Shown: positions 48,754 through 62,590 of the stretch, one piece after another
Layout: the number at the start of each line of letters is the position of its first letter
How positions within the stretch are numbered: the first letter of the stretch is position 1
NCBI GenBank assembly: GCA_044892525.1
Contig: CM097885.1
Span: 3,968,001-4,032,000 of the forward strand
Reading direction: 5' to 3'
DNA length: 64,000 bases
Source: Schmidtea polychroa
Lineage: Eukaryota
Position numbers and translations under genes: made by a program
Notes under the pieces: model-generated
The model's input: only the letters and a program-made list of their open reading frames with translations
Databases searched by the model: none
Told to the model about the DNA's origin: nothing

Positions 48754-50820
48754 AGTTTAAGCTTACGTTTTCAAATTCAGATCTCTATTTATTTAAGTAA
48801 AAATCCAAATTCAGGAATTTGAAGTGTCAAGAAACGACAAATAGAAAGGTCAAGTGAATATAATGATGATAGGGACATATGAAATAGGATACTGCATCTT
48901 CTATGATATTTCTGGGAACCTAGAGACACGTCAGGACATTAGCAGACCTTGTGAGAAGCTAACCTTTAAATTATGGCTACTATTATGTTGCTATGGTTGA
49001 TTTTAGTAAAAGAATTTTAATCCTGCGATCTTCGAACCCACCTTTAGAAATTGAGTTCACATGCTGAATGATTTTCAACGGCTGTGTACATTCCAAACAT
49101 AGTGGTTGGCATGGGTATATTGATGGTAAAATGTAAAATATTCATAGAGGCGTTTAAGTAAGAGTTAATGACAAATCTATCAGCAAGTCTAGGACGTTAA
49201 AATAACACTCGCCAGATTCTGTGTTATTTGCTAACCGAACCTCTAATAATATCTTAACTAGTGACTTGGCCAAGAATTTATAGTGGGGGGGGGGGTTGAG
49301 TTGAGAAATATTTATTAATATTATGGTCAATCATTTGAAGCGTGGACGAATGAGGGTGCCAAAGGCGCGAAGCACTCATGATAAAGATGCCGTAATAATG
49401 ACGTCATTCGTTGACTCAATAATATATCAGCGACTCTAGCACAATACAACACACTGGCCAGATTCTGAGTTATATGCCAACCGAAACTCTATTGATATCT
49501 CAACAACTGCAAGTTTGATTTTAAGAACCTTTTACTTCAGATGTACCTAACGAATTTTAGGTTCCTAAATATTTTCTTGTACACTTTCGAGTTAAGATCC
49601 TTTAGGTCGCCTTATTATATTTAATTTTTTATATTTTCAGGATTTTAAAGATAAATTTCTTTGTTTATTAATTAGTAAAATTAATTCATAAAATTTATCA
49701 AATTTCTGAATTTAAATATTAATTAAATATTAATTATTAATTTACATGAAATCATTTTTGTTTTAATAATATTGTATTTGAACATTTAGCTAATGAAAAA
49801 GTGAATAAATTTATGAAATGTTACATTATTTAATATTAAATCATTTCATTAGCTGTTATAAAGATCTCATTACAAATGCAAATATGATTATCATTACATT
49901 ATCAATAATATGATTAGCAAATCCGACACGAGACCTTTAAGAGATCCAAATTTCATAAAGATGCAAAGCAAAAATTAAATAAAGTAATTCATTTAATGAT
50001 TAAAAGAATGCGTAACAGAATTTGATAGAGTTTAGAAAGCACCGATTGCCCTCATCGCATCGACAGCTCTCATTTTGGTAAACTTACCTAAACTGATGTG
50101 AAAGCAATTTGGAACATTTTATCAGTATTGTTGTTGCGGATTGCGTTGAAATGCCTCACAAATAGCTGGCGGAGGTGAAATGTTAAGGCATTAATCAATT
50201 TGATATAAGGCAATTTTGGTATTGCATTTAGGTGCATTTTACTGCCATTCAATACAGCAATAATTTCTCCACAACTCATATAACATCAGCAGCAGCAGCG
50301 ATGGCGGGTTTCTCGTCGGTTCCATTCGTCATAGGAGCGCTTGATTTGTTGAGGCGATTTGACAGCGCTTATATTCGGGTGGATTTTAATTGGATTATTT
50401 CTTTCACATTAATTATTAATTTAATTATAATAATTATTCAAATTAATTGATTATATTAATTGATATTAAATGTTTTTGATTTAATTAATTGCTTTTATTT
50501 GATGATATAATTGATATTGATATTGCAATTGGCCATTTGCTGTGAGCGCCCCCACTCCTCCGCCACATAGAACATTTGCAAATGCAAATCAAGCACTCAG
50601 CAGCTATCACCTCACCTATCACTGGATAGAATCAATCAGCCATCTCAGCCAGTGCGGAATGGATTGCGAGCTTGCAACGGTAGCTGATGCTCATTCATAA
50701 CCCCTCTCGATCACTCCTGCCACTGCATTATTAATTTAATTATAATAAATATTGGATTACATGACTGGGGTTAGGGGTGCTTTATTCGAGGGTCCACCGA
50801 TTATCGATCCATATTTTCAG

Positions 50821-51210
50821 GGTTCTCTGCGAGACTTTTTGACAGAGAACGGCCCTCAAAAAGAATATCTAATATCATTCGATTTGCTTAGCGGATTCTA
50901 GAGGGAATCGATTATCTCCACGGACAAAATATAATCCATCGATACTTGACAGGTTTGTCACCGAAACCGGTCGATTTGTGTTTTAGGAGCAAAAGGTCTA
51001 TTGGATGAGAGTTTGAATGTGAGATTGCGCGGTTCTTCGAAGTGTTTCAGCGATATCTCCAGTGAGAATTTCTGAGTTGCCGCAGGCGATTCCAGTTTCG
51101 GAACTTACAATTGGACCGCACCGGAAGTGATGACCACTGAAGGTTACGGCAGCATTGCTGATATTTGGTCATTTGGTGCAATTATGATTGAATTGATCAC
51201 CGGTGAAATT
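50821..51210 (+). pseudogene. Ser/Thr protein kinase remnant (MAP3K/STE11-like)
   Basis: GSLRDFLTENGP, ILEGIDYLHGQNIIHRYL (HRD lost) and GTYNWTAPEV...YGSIADIWSFGAIMIELITG. Confidence 0.8.
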
Positions 51211-51995
51211 GATTTTATCTCCCAATGGCAAATCTGAGTAATTATTGATTCAGGCAATTATTGATCCCTATCACGTTTTGACACCCTTTCAAGCAATTTT
51301 TTGAATTGGTACGACGAAGAAAAGCATGTTTCCCTCTCAGGTGCCCCCGTAAGCAATACTAGATTAATCACATCTCATAGGTCCACCAGGAAATCAATAA
51401 TCAATAATCACCTCATAGGGCAGCATTGAACCATTCTGACAGCTGTTGATGCTCACTGCGGTTTCCTTTCAGCACTGTTTCTTGTTACACGCCATCATCG
51501 GTTATTGTTTGGTGCTGATCTGGTGCGCATTTGCACATATCCACGCCAACTGAACGCGATTCCTCACAGCAAGTTGATAAGCTTTCCAATTGAGCGCTTT
51601 AGGATTTCTATCTGAGGGTGAGAATTGTAAATGTGCTGCAAATATATATTAATGGGTAAATGGGACAATAACAGATATTCTTATGGAAGTTTTTGATTGT
51701 AGTTGTGGAAATTTAGAACTGTTAGTTAGTGGACGTCTGAAACGATTAAAAAATGACAGTGGACTAGTCGTGTTAGTCGCTATTATATTATATCTGCCTT
51801 ATATCAATTTGTTGCTGCTGATGCTGATAATATCGGATGGAAGGCGCACAAGGGGGGGGGGGGGAGAATGACAATGATTATCACAATAATTATCTCATAA
51901 TAAATCAATAATAATAATAATAATAAGGCAAATAATAAATTAGATCAAAAGCCAAAATAAATCAATTTTTTATTGAAATGTTTTTTTTGAATTTG

Positions 51996-53417
51996 TCATA
52001 ACTTTTCAATTCTGCACCTGAGCAGCAATTTATCACTTTTGGCTGCGAATTTATAAATTGAGCGATCATTATTATAAATGCGAATTGGATCATTTCTGTC
52101 ATCTGATGGTTTCCCCCATCCGGAATGATAAGGCCAATCTGAATATTTCATTGACTGGCTCCTATAAATGTTGCCATTTGCTGGATCGATCATATCGATT
52201 GTCACCAATTGATTGAAAGGCCAATCCAATTGCTCATCATTTTCCCCACGCATCAAACAGAAATCGATATCAACCCAAATAGTCTGAGAACCCCTAATCT
52301 CCACTGCCAAGCAAATTTTGTAACCGATTGGCCCGGAATAAAATGCGTCGCTGTAAATCAACTCTTGTTTTGAAAATTTATCGATTTGCCATTCAAAAAA
52401 TCCATAATTTATATATTTTTCACTTCCTAATTTTGTTTCAATCTGCCGAATTTCATTGGCGCATTTTGCCATTTCAAATTGCAACTGAATCTCAAATTCA
52501 AACATTTCAATAAATCAATAAATCACCTTTTCATTCTCCCGTTGCAGTCGCTGCTCGCATTTCTCTTTCATCTCATCAATTTGCTGTTGACAGTTTGCTA
52601 CAATCACCTCAATTTGCTCTCTGATCTGCTTTGCATCAATAACAAATCAATAACAAATCAAATCAATAATCAAACTTGATTGATTGATCCAATATTTGTT
52701 TCCATCTCCATTCTCAATGAGCGATTCTCATTCTTCACAGCCGCCATTTCCTCATTCAATTCTTCTATTTCTGCTCTGTTCTCCGCCTCTTTCCTTTCAA
52801 TATTGCTCAATTTCACCTAAAATCACAAATATCAATTAAATTAATTACAAATAAAATTTTACATTGATATTAATAATTTCCTCACGCAATTTGACATTCT
52901 CCTCTCTCATTGCCTGCATCTCATTGCACAAATTGCTGGTCTGATCAATCAGTAATTTGCTATGGCCTTCATTGTTCTCATTGAGATGTATTTTCATTTC
53001 GTCCTTCTCAACTCCAATCATTTCGCATCCAATTCTATTGAACGGGCATCTAATTGGTTGCTTGTTACATGTTCTCATGTGACTCTCCATCATGCACAAC
53101 TCGGTTTTGAATACACAATTTTGCATTGGGCATTTTACAGTGACTTCAGATATCCTTAAATTGACTGGGTGATCCACAGAAACATCCTTATTGAAAAGAA
53201 TAGTTTGAACTTCACAATATTTTGCTGCTCCTGGACAGAATTTATCTTTTCCATCCAAATATTGCTCAATGCAATCAGAACAAAAGCGACAACCGCAAGG
53301 AGCATTGCAAGCCTTTATCATTAAACATTTGCAAATTCTGCATATCAATTCACTGCTGATTTCATTATCAAATTCAAATTTATTTCTCTTCATCATTTCC
53401 CATACGCTTGCAAACAT
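51996..53417 (-). CDS. TRAF-like protein, copy 4
   Basis: Four exons with an open spliced frame. The N-terminal exon is almost identical to copy 1 and the MATH exon is divergent. Confidence 0.9.
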
Positions 53418-53920
53418 TTTATCTAAAATTAATAAAATTATCAAAATATTTCAACATTTTACAACATAAATCATAAATCATACTTATTATATTGATTATT
53501 TCCTCTGACGTTTACAATTTCAATATTTATAATTTGTATTTTGATGTAGATAAACAAACATTTTATAAATATTGTATTTTAGCTTTGAGCGCAATTCGAA
53601 ATATTATTAATGTTAATTTTCAGCGTTTTTCTCATTTATTTTAAATCTTACAAAATTATTTAAATTATAATTTGATAATAAAAAGTAAAATTTTAATGGA
53701 AAGTTAAATAAATCCAAATTAAAAATAGATCAAAATATAAAAATAAATATTTTTCATAAAATATTAAAATAAAAAAAGTAATTATTTAAAGAAATTTATC
53801 TGAAATTAGAATTTATTTGAACAGATTAAAAAGAAATTCAAAATCATCATAGCAAAAATAGAAATATAAATAAAATCAATATAAACATTACAAGCTTTGC
53901 GATACCCAGTGCAAATCCCA

Positions 53921-53963
53921 ATAGTAGACTAGTTTCGAGCTTTTGGTTCTCATCAGGACTATG
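53921..53963 (-). ncRNA. Minimal type I hammerhead ribozyme, copy 2
   Basis: AUAGUC-CUGAUGA-G..C-GAAAC-UA-GUC-UACUAU; helix I AUAGU/ACUAU is fully paired. Confidence 0.8.
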
Positions 53964-55532
53964 CAGGAGACGCGAAGATTATTCTTCGCGCCAGTTAACT
54001 ATATAATATTGCTGATTCAACTCTATTGCATACTTTCCCTGGTACACTGGAAATCGCATCACTTGCAAATTAGCTAATTCACAGAAAAAATATCTGCAAA
54101 CTTGTAAAAATGGCGAATGAAAAATCATATTCACCTCTGGAGAACAAAATAGTTTAGACACAGAAACTTTTCACAAGTGCATCCGTAAACCTTTAGCTAA
54201 GCTCAAACTTCTCTACCATTGGGATTTGCACTGGTTATCACAAAACTTGTAATGTTTATATTATTTAAATGTTAGACATCCATTACACCATTAAAATTCA
54301 ATATTGTTTCTTGAAATAATTTTTAACAAAATAACAAAAAATTTTCATTAAATTTTTAAAGAAAAATTGTTTAGGATTTGAATATAATTTAACTGGGTAA
54401 CGCTAAACGGGTTATTAATGTATTCTGGAATTGTGAGGTTTTGGCCATTGATCTAATGATCTCGTTATGGTTAGTAATGTTTGGAATGATCCACAATTAG
54501 ATAAGGATGAATAAATGTTAATTGACTGATATGTCGAATGATGTAGTGAATATTAGCATTGATACTAACAAACAAGATGAGCCAAAATATACGATGGTAT
54601 TGCCGTATTCGGAAGGATATAAAGATTTCAAAAGAAAGATATGTGAACAACTAGCTAGACAAAGATTTGTCTATAATAAAAATAATTGTGAATCAAGTGA
54701 ATTTGATTAATAATGGATAATTAAAATAAAAATACTGAAGAACAATCAACACAATAATGAATCCAATAGATAAATAACTGAAAAAAAACAAATGCAAACA
54801 TTTTGCCTAAAATGATCAAATAAAATTTCCAAAAATCCCAAAGACTTTCTCTAGTCAAGTTTTTCACTTTGAAAAATTTTAATTTTCGCAAGAGAAATTT
54901 TGTTGTCAACAAATATATTGGTGATGTCGTCCTCTATATTTTTGCCGAAATAATTTTTGAAAATCTCAAAGCCCCACGCTACGGCGAGATAAAGCTTAAA
55001 AGTTAACCTTAAAATCAATATTTGTAGTTTTTAATCAATAATTACACATTTAAATCAATACTTGAATTTCTTTTTAAAAATCGTTTAAAATCAATAAATA
55101 CACTTTAAAATCAATAAAAAATATTTTTAAATCAATAATCACTACTTGACCTTGAAAGGGCCCCATGTGGATAACCAGAGTGCGATAATTAATGGTGGTT
55201 TGTCATTTGTATGCCTCTCTACTATGCCGAGAGCGGAAATTTCGGCAAATATAAAAGCATATCACACGTTTCCATGAAATCTCTATAAATTCCCATTATA
55301 AAAAGGAAATGGGTTGGGATAATTTCATATCATTTCATGCATCATCACAAACATTCCGCATGATTGCCTATTCTAAATTCGATTTCTGTTCCAATCAAAT
55401 TGTATTTATTAATTACAAATAGCTCTGAAATGCATTTAAAATCTTCATTTAATTTTTATTTAAAGATTTAACCAAAAAAAATAATTAGATTGATTTTCCT
55501 TACAGGCTGCCAAGCAATTTGTCTTTGGGTAG

Positions 55533-55728
55533 NNNNNNNNNNNNNNNNNNNNNNNNNNNNNNNNNNNNNNNNNNNNNNNNNNNNNNNNNNNNNNNNNNNN
55601 NNNNNNNNNNNNNNNNNNNNNNNNNNNNNNNNNNNNNNNNNNNNNNNNNNNNNNNNNNNNNNNNNNNNNNNNNNNNNNNNNNNNNNNNNNNNNNNNNNNN
55701 NNNNNNNNNNNNNNNNNNNNNNNNNNNN
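55533..55728. other. Assembly gap or masked run (196 N)
   Basis: Run of N at the position homologous to 11987-12142. Confidence 0.98.
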
Positions 55729-55789
55729 ATTTCTTTATTATTATAATAAAAATGTTAAATGAACCCGCCAAAATCAGACCGAACCTAAA

Positions 55790-58690
55790 ATGCCTTTCCC
55801 AAGAATTATGAGTTATCGTATCAGCTCAGCGGTCGTTTTGGATTCTTTGATTTCCATTTACCGGGCAATTGAAAGGGCTGAATTCAACGCTAACAATCTA
55901 ATTGAACTCCAGGAAGCCATTCGGCACTAAATGGGCATCAAATCGAGCAGTGAAATCATGAAACGATCTCAGAATGGCGACCAAATAACCGAAGAGATGC
56001 AAGCAGCGAATGAACACAACTAATTGAATGCGCTAACATCAGAGAAATATCCGAGGAATCCAATCGAATTGACAATTGCATTGAGACCGAGCATGGAAAG
56101 CATTCACAATTGGCAGTGCAATCAGTCAGGTGGAATCCTCAGGTACGTGATGAACCATTTATAGGAAATCCTCCACAAGCTGCAAATTATATGCCGCTTT
56201 GTCTCTCCGTGTCGGTTGTATTTGCTTGATATCCATCTCGCCGCACTTTGGGCGCTGTCGTGGCGCTCCTTTCATCAATGCTATTATACACCTTTGCACA
56301 TTCGGCATGCGCGCTCTCTCTGTCGCGGTTTCCGTTATAGCTTATACCAGCATATTCCACATGATAATCGCTCCTGGATGCGCATTGGCGGTGCTCGATT
56401 CATAATTTCTGATTACTGCTGCTCATCCCTACAAATATATACATAGAGGTTTTGTTGTCATGGCTTTCCATTTGTCTATTTGCATTCCGTACTTGAATTT
56501 CCCCTTTATTTCACGCACAGGAACAATCGGCCTGGTATCCGTTTCCTTGCCTCCTTATTAACCAGTCTGACCAATCTGCAATTGCCTCAGCTATCCCCGC
56601 TAATTCCTATCCTTGCATCTGACTTAACTGCGCCGTAACCGTTCAATCTATAACTGCTACATTAATGATATATATAAATGCTGCCGTTGGCCCCCGATTA
56701 TTATTATTACGCAATCAAATCCTATATTTAACCTATCAGTTAGATGTAATAGTTTCTTGACCTTGCACAAGTGAAAATGCGCTTGTGCTGATATTGCATT
56801 GCCCATTGCTGCTCCCACATTCCCACCGTTGTCCTGTTATCATTTACAAACACATTTTATGGTTCCTCCTGCTATCAGCATTGCCATTATACCAATTATT
56901 ACGTCATTATCCACGCTTCCTTGCTTTGCTTTCTGGTTTCCCAATTTCCATTGCTGTTAGCCGTTGATGTTTATGCTGGTTTCTAGATTAACTTATATTT
57001 TCTCCTCCATTGTGTTTCGTATTCTTTCTGTTTGCCCTTCTGTTAGCTAATTGTTCTTGTTGACTTTCTTGTCTGTTGTCCTCTCCTTTCTGTCGTTCTC
57101 CTTTCGTTTCTTATTAGAATTTTCTATGGCTTTGACCTTGTTGTCTCGGATTCCTTTCCGTTTGGCGTCATGCATTACCTGGCTTGTGCTCGTATTATAT
57201 CGGATTCAACTTGGTATATGTAATTTTCTCCATTATTCCCAGTTTGCTTGGTGTGGCTTGTTTGCATTTCTCGTTATTTCTCAACTCTCAATTGGACATC
57301 TTTCCCGCGTGGCTGATTTATCACAATGGAATGCTAGAAATGCCGATGCTCCGTTGGAACATAGCATCCATATCATCATGGTCATCATTAATGAGTTGAT
57401 CGCCGCTTTCACACTGGCCGCGTCTTTCGTTGGTAACTCGAATTCTAATTGATTTAGCAGCTTCTTCTAATCTCATTTATCTTGGCCACCTTTTCGTGGT
57501 GTAGTATAAATCGTTTCCATCCTCCGGTACGCATAATGTCGGGTTCAATTTCCATTGCGATGATGGCGGCTGTCATTTGCACTTGGTTTATAAATTGTTT
57601 GTTGGGTATTTGCCGGCTGATAACCCCATCTGCTTATTCATTAAGGAGGGTTATTGCTACCAAGTAATGTTCGCCGTTGTCATCGGCATTTAGCAGTAGT
57701 TGTGCTACTACTCGTTTTGGTTTCGTCCCAGTCCCTTGGTTTTGTGGTTTTATTTCTCTCTTTTATCAATTTTGGGATTATTTCTGATACCGTGTTCCAT
57801 AACTGTTTGGTGTCGTTACTGGCTTGTTTTCGCTGCCACAATCTTCGTAATTGTGGGTTTGTTATTATCATAATATCCATCAGCAACTCCCGTAGCCATC
57901 TGGTCCCTTGTGCTGTTTTTATCTCATAGGATATTTCCCCCAGCTTTTCTAATCTTATTTTCCATTGCTCTAGTTTTAACTGGTCTCTTGTTTTGGTTTC
58001 GGGCTTTTCTCTTTGATATATGGCCAACTTGTCCACAATTGTAGCATCCCGTACTCCGCATATGTTCTCGGTGTGACCTCTCCGTCCACATCTGTTACTA
58101 GCTACATATCGGATGCAGTCTTTATCCCAATGGCCTGCTTTCCCACATGTTCTACATTGCTTATTATTGTTCATCTCGGGTCTTCTTTGTGGCGCCTTAA
58201 ATATTTGATGTGCCCCAGGTATGAATTGTTTCACTTTGAGGCCATTATTGTTGTCGTTATTCTCATTGTCATGCTTTGTTGCCACCGTGGCTATCATTCC
58301 TTCCTCTTGCATCACATTCATTTGTGCAGCGAGATGTAGCTCGCATATGATTGGCCTCTTCTAATGTTTTATACATTTGGCATCTCACTGATGCTCGTAT
58401 TTTTTCCCTTCGCAATCCTTCAACTAAATACCCGATTAAATTTTCCTCCTGTAATTTTCCGTTCATAGCTTTCTTTGCTAATCTCCTTAATTCACTTGCA
58501 AATATCGTCAATGATTCATTTGGTCTCTGCTTCCTTGCTGCCAGTTTGCTTAGCGCTTGATTGATTGTTTGCTGGCCTCAAATGTTGATTTCAAAAAACA
58601 TTGGATAGCTTCCCATTTATTTAAGTCGAATTTCCGCTCTTCTAGTGCATTATCGCACAGAAATAGTGACAATCGTTACATTACATAATT
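55790..58690 (-). mobile_element. Pol-deleted gag-env retroelement, copy 2
   Basis: CRTCGKAGHWDKDC and RCGRRGHTENIC knuckles, and the same env-like start (MMTMMIWMLCSNGASAFLAFHC) with an internal deletion. Confidence 0.7.
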
Positions 58691-59980
58691 ACATAAAAAA
58701 ATATTATTATTTGGAATACCGGTATTGATACCGGGACCCAGGTACCAATAAATGTCAATACTGAAATACCGGTATTCTTTTTTCTTGTTTGTTTTTGCAA
58801 TCCCTAGTTGTGGAGAAATTATTGATGTATTAAATGGCAGTAAAATGCACCTAAATGCAATACCAAAATTGCCTTATATCAAATTGATTAATGCCTTAAC
58901 ATTTCACCTCCGCCAACTATTTGTGAGGCATTTCAACGCAATCCGCAACAACAATACTGATAAAATGTTCCAAAATTGCTTTCATATCAGTTTGGGTAAG
59001 TTTACCAAAATGAGAGCTGTCGATGCGATGAGGGCAATCGGTGTTTTCTAAACTCTATCAAATTCTGTTACGCATTCATTTAATCATTAAATGAATCACT
59101 TTAATTAATTTTTGCTTTGAATCTTTCATGAAATTTGGATCTCTTAAAGGTCTCGTGTCGGATTTGCTAAAATATTATTACCCATTACTCCTTCCTTTCT
59201 CTTTGAATCGAGTATCATGTGATTTATTTCACAATTGCGCAAGGTGAACATTAGACGTGAGTGTATAAAGATTTTATTGTCTGAGATTTCCTGTGCTGGG
59301 TGTAGGTGTAATTAGAAGGCGTTTATATTGTCTATGAGTGCTTGTTCTAGGCTTCCGTCTATATTATGTCTATGTTTATAAGATAAATCGACTCCTAAAT
59401 ATATATAAATATTCGAGTCGTTTATAATAGGTAGTGCTGGGGTGCTACTCGGTTGACTCATACGCCTTTTAAGTCCCGTCTAGAGGATGATAGCCCATTA
59501 CATTAACATAGTTCATATTTCTGTCAACCTTGAGTAGAACTCCACACGATCTGCATTCCAACATAATACCCATGAATTGCTTCATGTTGGTCCTGTATTA
59601 TGCCGGCGAGACACCAGAAAACAGTTGAGCCCCTGCCTTAGGACTACTCTTTTCCGAGGCCTCGACTTCCCTTTTCCTGACTGCCGATAGAAGGTCTTAC
59701 GTCTTCCTACTCTACCTCTGCACTCGACATTCCATCGTTTTCTGAGTTTGTTGCAAATCATACACTATTCAAAGGTGTCAGCCAACCAAATTATCTCGTA
59801 GAGAAAAGGAAAAGTAAAGTTTACCGATACATAAAGCAAAATGCAATGACTTAAACAAAACTGATTTATTAAATTATCGATGTACAAGAGAAAAACACAG
59901 ACAATACAAGAAGACACAGAGCATCACATTGAAAATCACAAGAGTTACGACTGGAACTTCGGTTTGCTCGCAAAACTGGG

Positions 59981-60687
59981 TCACTTCTCCCATTCAGTTT
60001 CTGCTAATAGCTGTTCTAGGTTGAAAAATTCGGATGCATTCTCCTTCCATGTGACGCCAGCTGCGGAGATAATGCGCCCTGGGATTCCAGTGTTTATACT
60101 AGTTATAGGAGCAACACTACCTTCTGTTGATGCATTAGCTGATACTCGCTTCTTTTCTCTTTCTGCACCTCTCTCCCTCTGGTTTCGCTTTCGTTCGGCC
60201 CGAGATAGTTGCCGCCGTTTGGGCTTGGAAGAAGGACTGACAGTAGGGGGTGCTGTGATGATTACGTCATTAGATTTGGACGAGAGCTCCGTCTCCACAC
60301 ACCCTTGGCATGATTTCTTCGATGTGCACGACCTGTCGAGAGGCTGATCGTGATGCGTGGGGAACACATTGTCCTCTTCGTTGATCGGAATGCTTACGAT
60401 CTTTCGCGTTGTTGCAGCTTGTAAGTAAACCTTATGAAGGGCTTTAGATTGTTCCTTAATGAGCATACACTGAGATCTATTTTCTGCGATCAGGCTATCT
60501 TGGCAGTGTTCGCTTCTATACAATTTCTTTCTCACTTCCTTCATTTGCACTGGGCTAAACCATGTGCCTTCCAATTCATCAATCTTGCGTTTGAGTAGCC
60601 GATTTGTGCCTGCAGTTCCTTGATGGTTACGTTCTTATCTGCGCACGAGTAACAAGGTTTGAGAACATTTTTGGCGACTGGATTCAT
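59981..60687 (-). pseudogene. Unknown CxxC/coiled-coil/basic ORF (best-preserved copy, one frameshift)
   Basis: A 197-aa open frame at 60574-59981 plus the upstream MNPVAKNVLKPCYSC segment. Confidence 0.7.
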
Positions 60688-62460
60688 AATCGTAGGCTAT
60701 AAAAGGAAAGAAAATTTAGAGTAATTATCAATAATTCACTTCATCCGTAGACCAATGGTACATAAAAATAAACATTTGCGGTCTTATACCGACAAGAGAA
60801 AACTCACCTCCAATACGATCGATCATTACTGCACTAGCATAGTTCTATAAAAGAAATTTAAAAGGCAAAACCCCATGGCATCACCCCCATAGTCGTCGAA
60901 ATTCTTTACGAGAAAATTGATAAATACGCCCGAATGTTTGTGGGAAATATTCTCATGGCCATCCGAGTGGGAATGGATACATATTAAAATTGATTAAATA
61001 ACAGAATAAGATGCGTAGAATAAAAATCAAATTAATCCTTATTTATTTTCACTTCGGGTCATTAGATAACAGAAACCTCAATTTTAATCCAAAAAAAATG
61101 TTAAATTGGTTATTCTTATCGAGGTACTTAAATTATTTATGTCTCTGACGGATTTTAGTCGATACGTTAATTCAGATAACAATTCGTGTACCCGCAATGA
61201 CGTACAGCTGTTGGTTATACATGCTCTTAATGTAGATTATGTCATTTGGTGACGTGCAGGTGGTATTCAAGAAAAATTCACATTGGATGGAAAACTAACA
61301 TTTGGCTAGTCAGTTGATAACGATGTAGTTTTTTTCAGAATACTGCTGGATGATATTATCTCGATGTTTGGATTTATGTATACGCGGAAAATCTGTGAAT
61401 GCACTTATCTCGTCATTTCCGTGTGTGAACTCTCACGGATCTCTTATGTTATTCAAAATTCCTCAGACGGCATAAGTGGTATTATCTCATCCGGTAGACT
61501 AAGTGGTGTATTTTTATCAAACTTTTGTCATGCCACATGTACTTTTACTCATTCTACATGCGTTGCTTATGGAGTATTTTCTCATCGGCTAATTTTGCCA
61601 TTTTCGTAGCGGAATGCTTAATTATCATCAAATCGTGGAAATTAACGGTGTCTATCGTGAGTTTGCAACTGTTCTAGGGTTATTAGAAGATGGTTCGATG
61701 AATTTTAGCAGCCTACTGTTCTCCGTGCGTGCGTCGAGTTTGATTGGAATTATTTAGAAGGAAATTCATTCCTCGTGGAGTCTCATGCTGGCTATTCGCA
61801 GATCAGATCGGGCTTACGATATGCTCAGTATTGCAAACAGGCACGGCGATGGATCATTTTCGAAAGTAAACCTCAATTTTTCGTTTTGTTGTGCAAATGT
61901 ATTTAATTGTTTTTCGCGTTTATTTTTCAAATACCTATAGGGTAAGGAGATGATGACAAATGGACCTATACTGATTTAGATTATACGAGACGAATGGAGA
62001 TGGTGAGACAGATTTTATGGGGTTTTGAGGAACAGATAATTAAAAGGGAAAAAAATTGGAAATAGATTTGGTGTTCGAGTGGTGATACTAGTGTGAGTGA
62101 TAGAAAAATTGATGAGATTCACAAGGTGTTTTCGCTTCTGAGAATATCTTAATTCAAATATCGTCTCGACGAGATTTATTTTTCGGAGTAATGAGTGGGT
62201 CTAAAATAGGATTTATCATAGCTGAGCTCTTATACTTTTACTTGTGTGATGGGATGATTAAGGTGAAGTGACGAATTTTGTGCGAATTTTCCGAATGTAA
62301 AGAAATTGCTAACTATGCCAAATGTGCGACACCCTCAATCACTGTGTAGACCTGCTCCTGACACTCCCTGCCATCTAAATTTTTATAATACGAATTCTCT
62401 TCCAATACTCTGCATAAATTTTATCTTCACCCTAGCATTTCCCACTAGATTAGGCACATC

Positions 62461-62590
62461 TTCAGCGACGGACCTGTGAGGAAGCCCCCACATTTCGGCC
62501 TGAGTCAGCTGCGTGACTGAAATGCTCCGTACCCACCTGCTGAGCACCCGAAGGCCCCTCACACCATGGTAAGAAACATTTCAGCTCCAC
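62461..62590 (-). ncRNA. Candidate structured RNA, duplicate of 18418-18550
   Basis: Reverse-complement copy. Confidence 0.55.

Noticed and set aside
48366-48755. CRISPR-like array or repeat-protein ORFs (ASYQWLPISGFLS repeats)
   Set aside because: Contiguous 14-bp tandem units with no spacers. The unit is not a multiple of 3, so the ORFs in several frames are artefacts.
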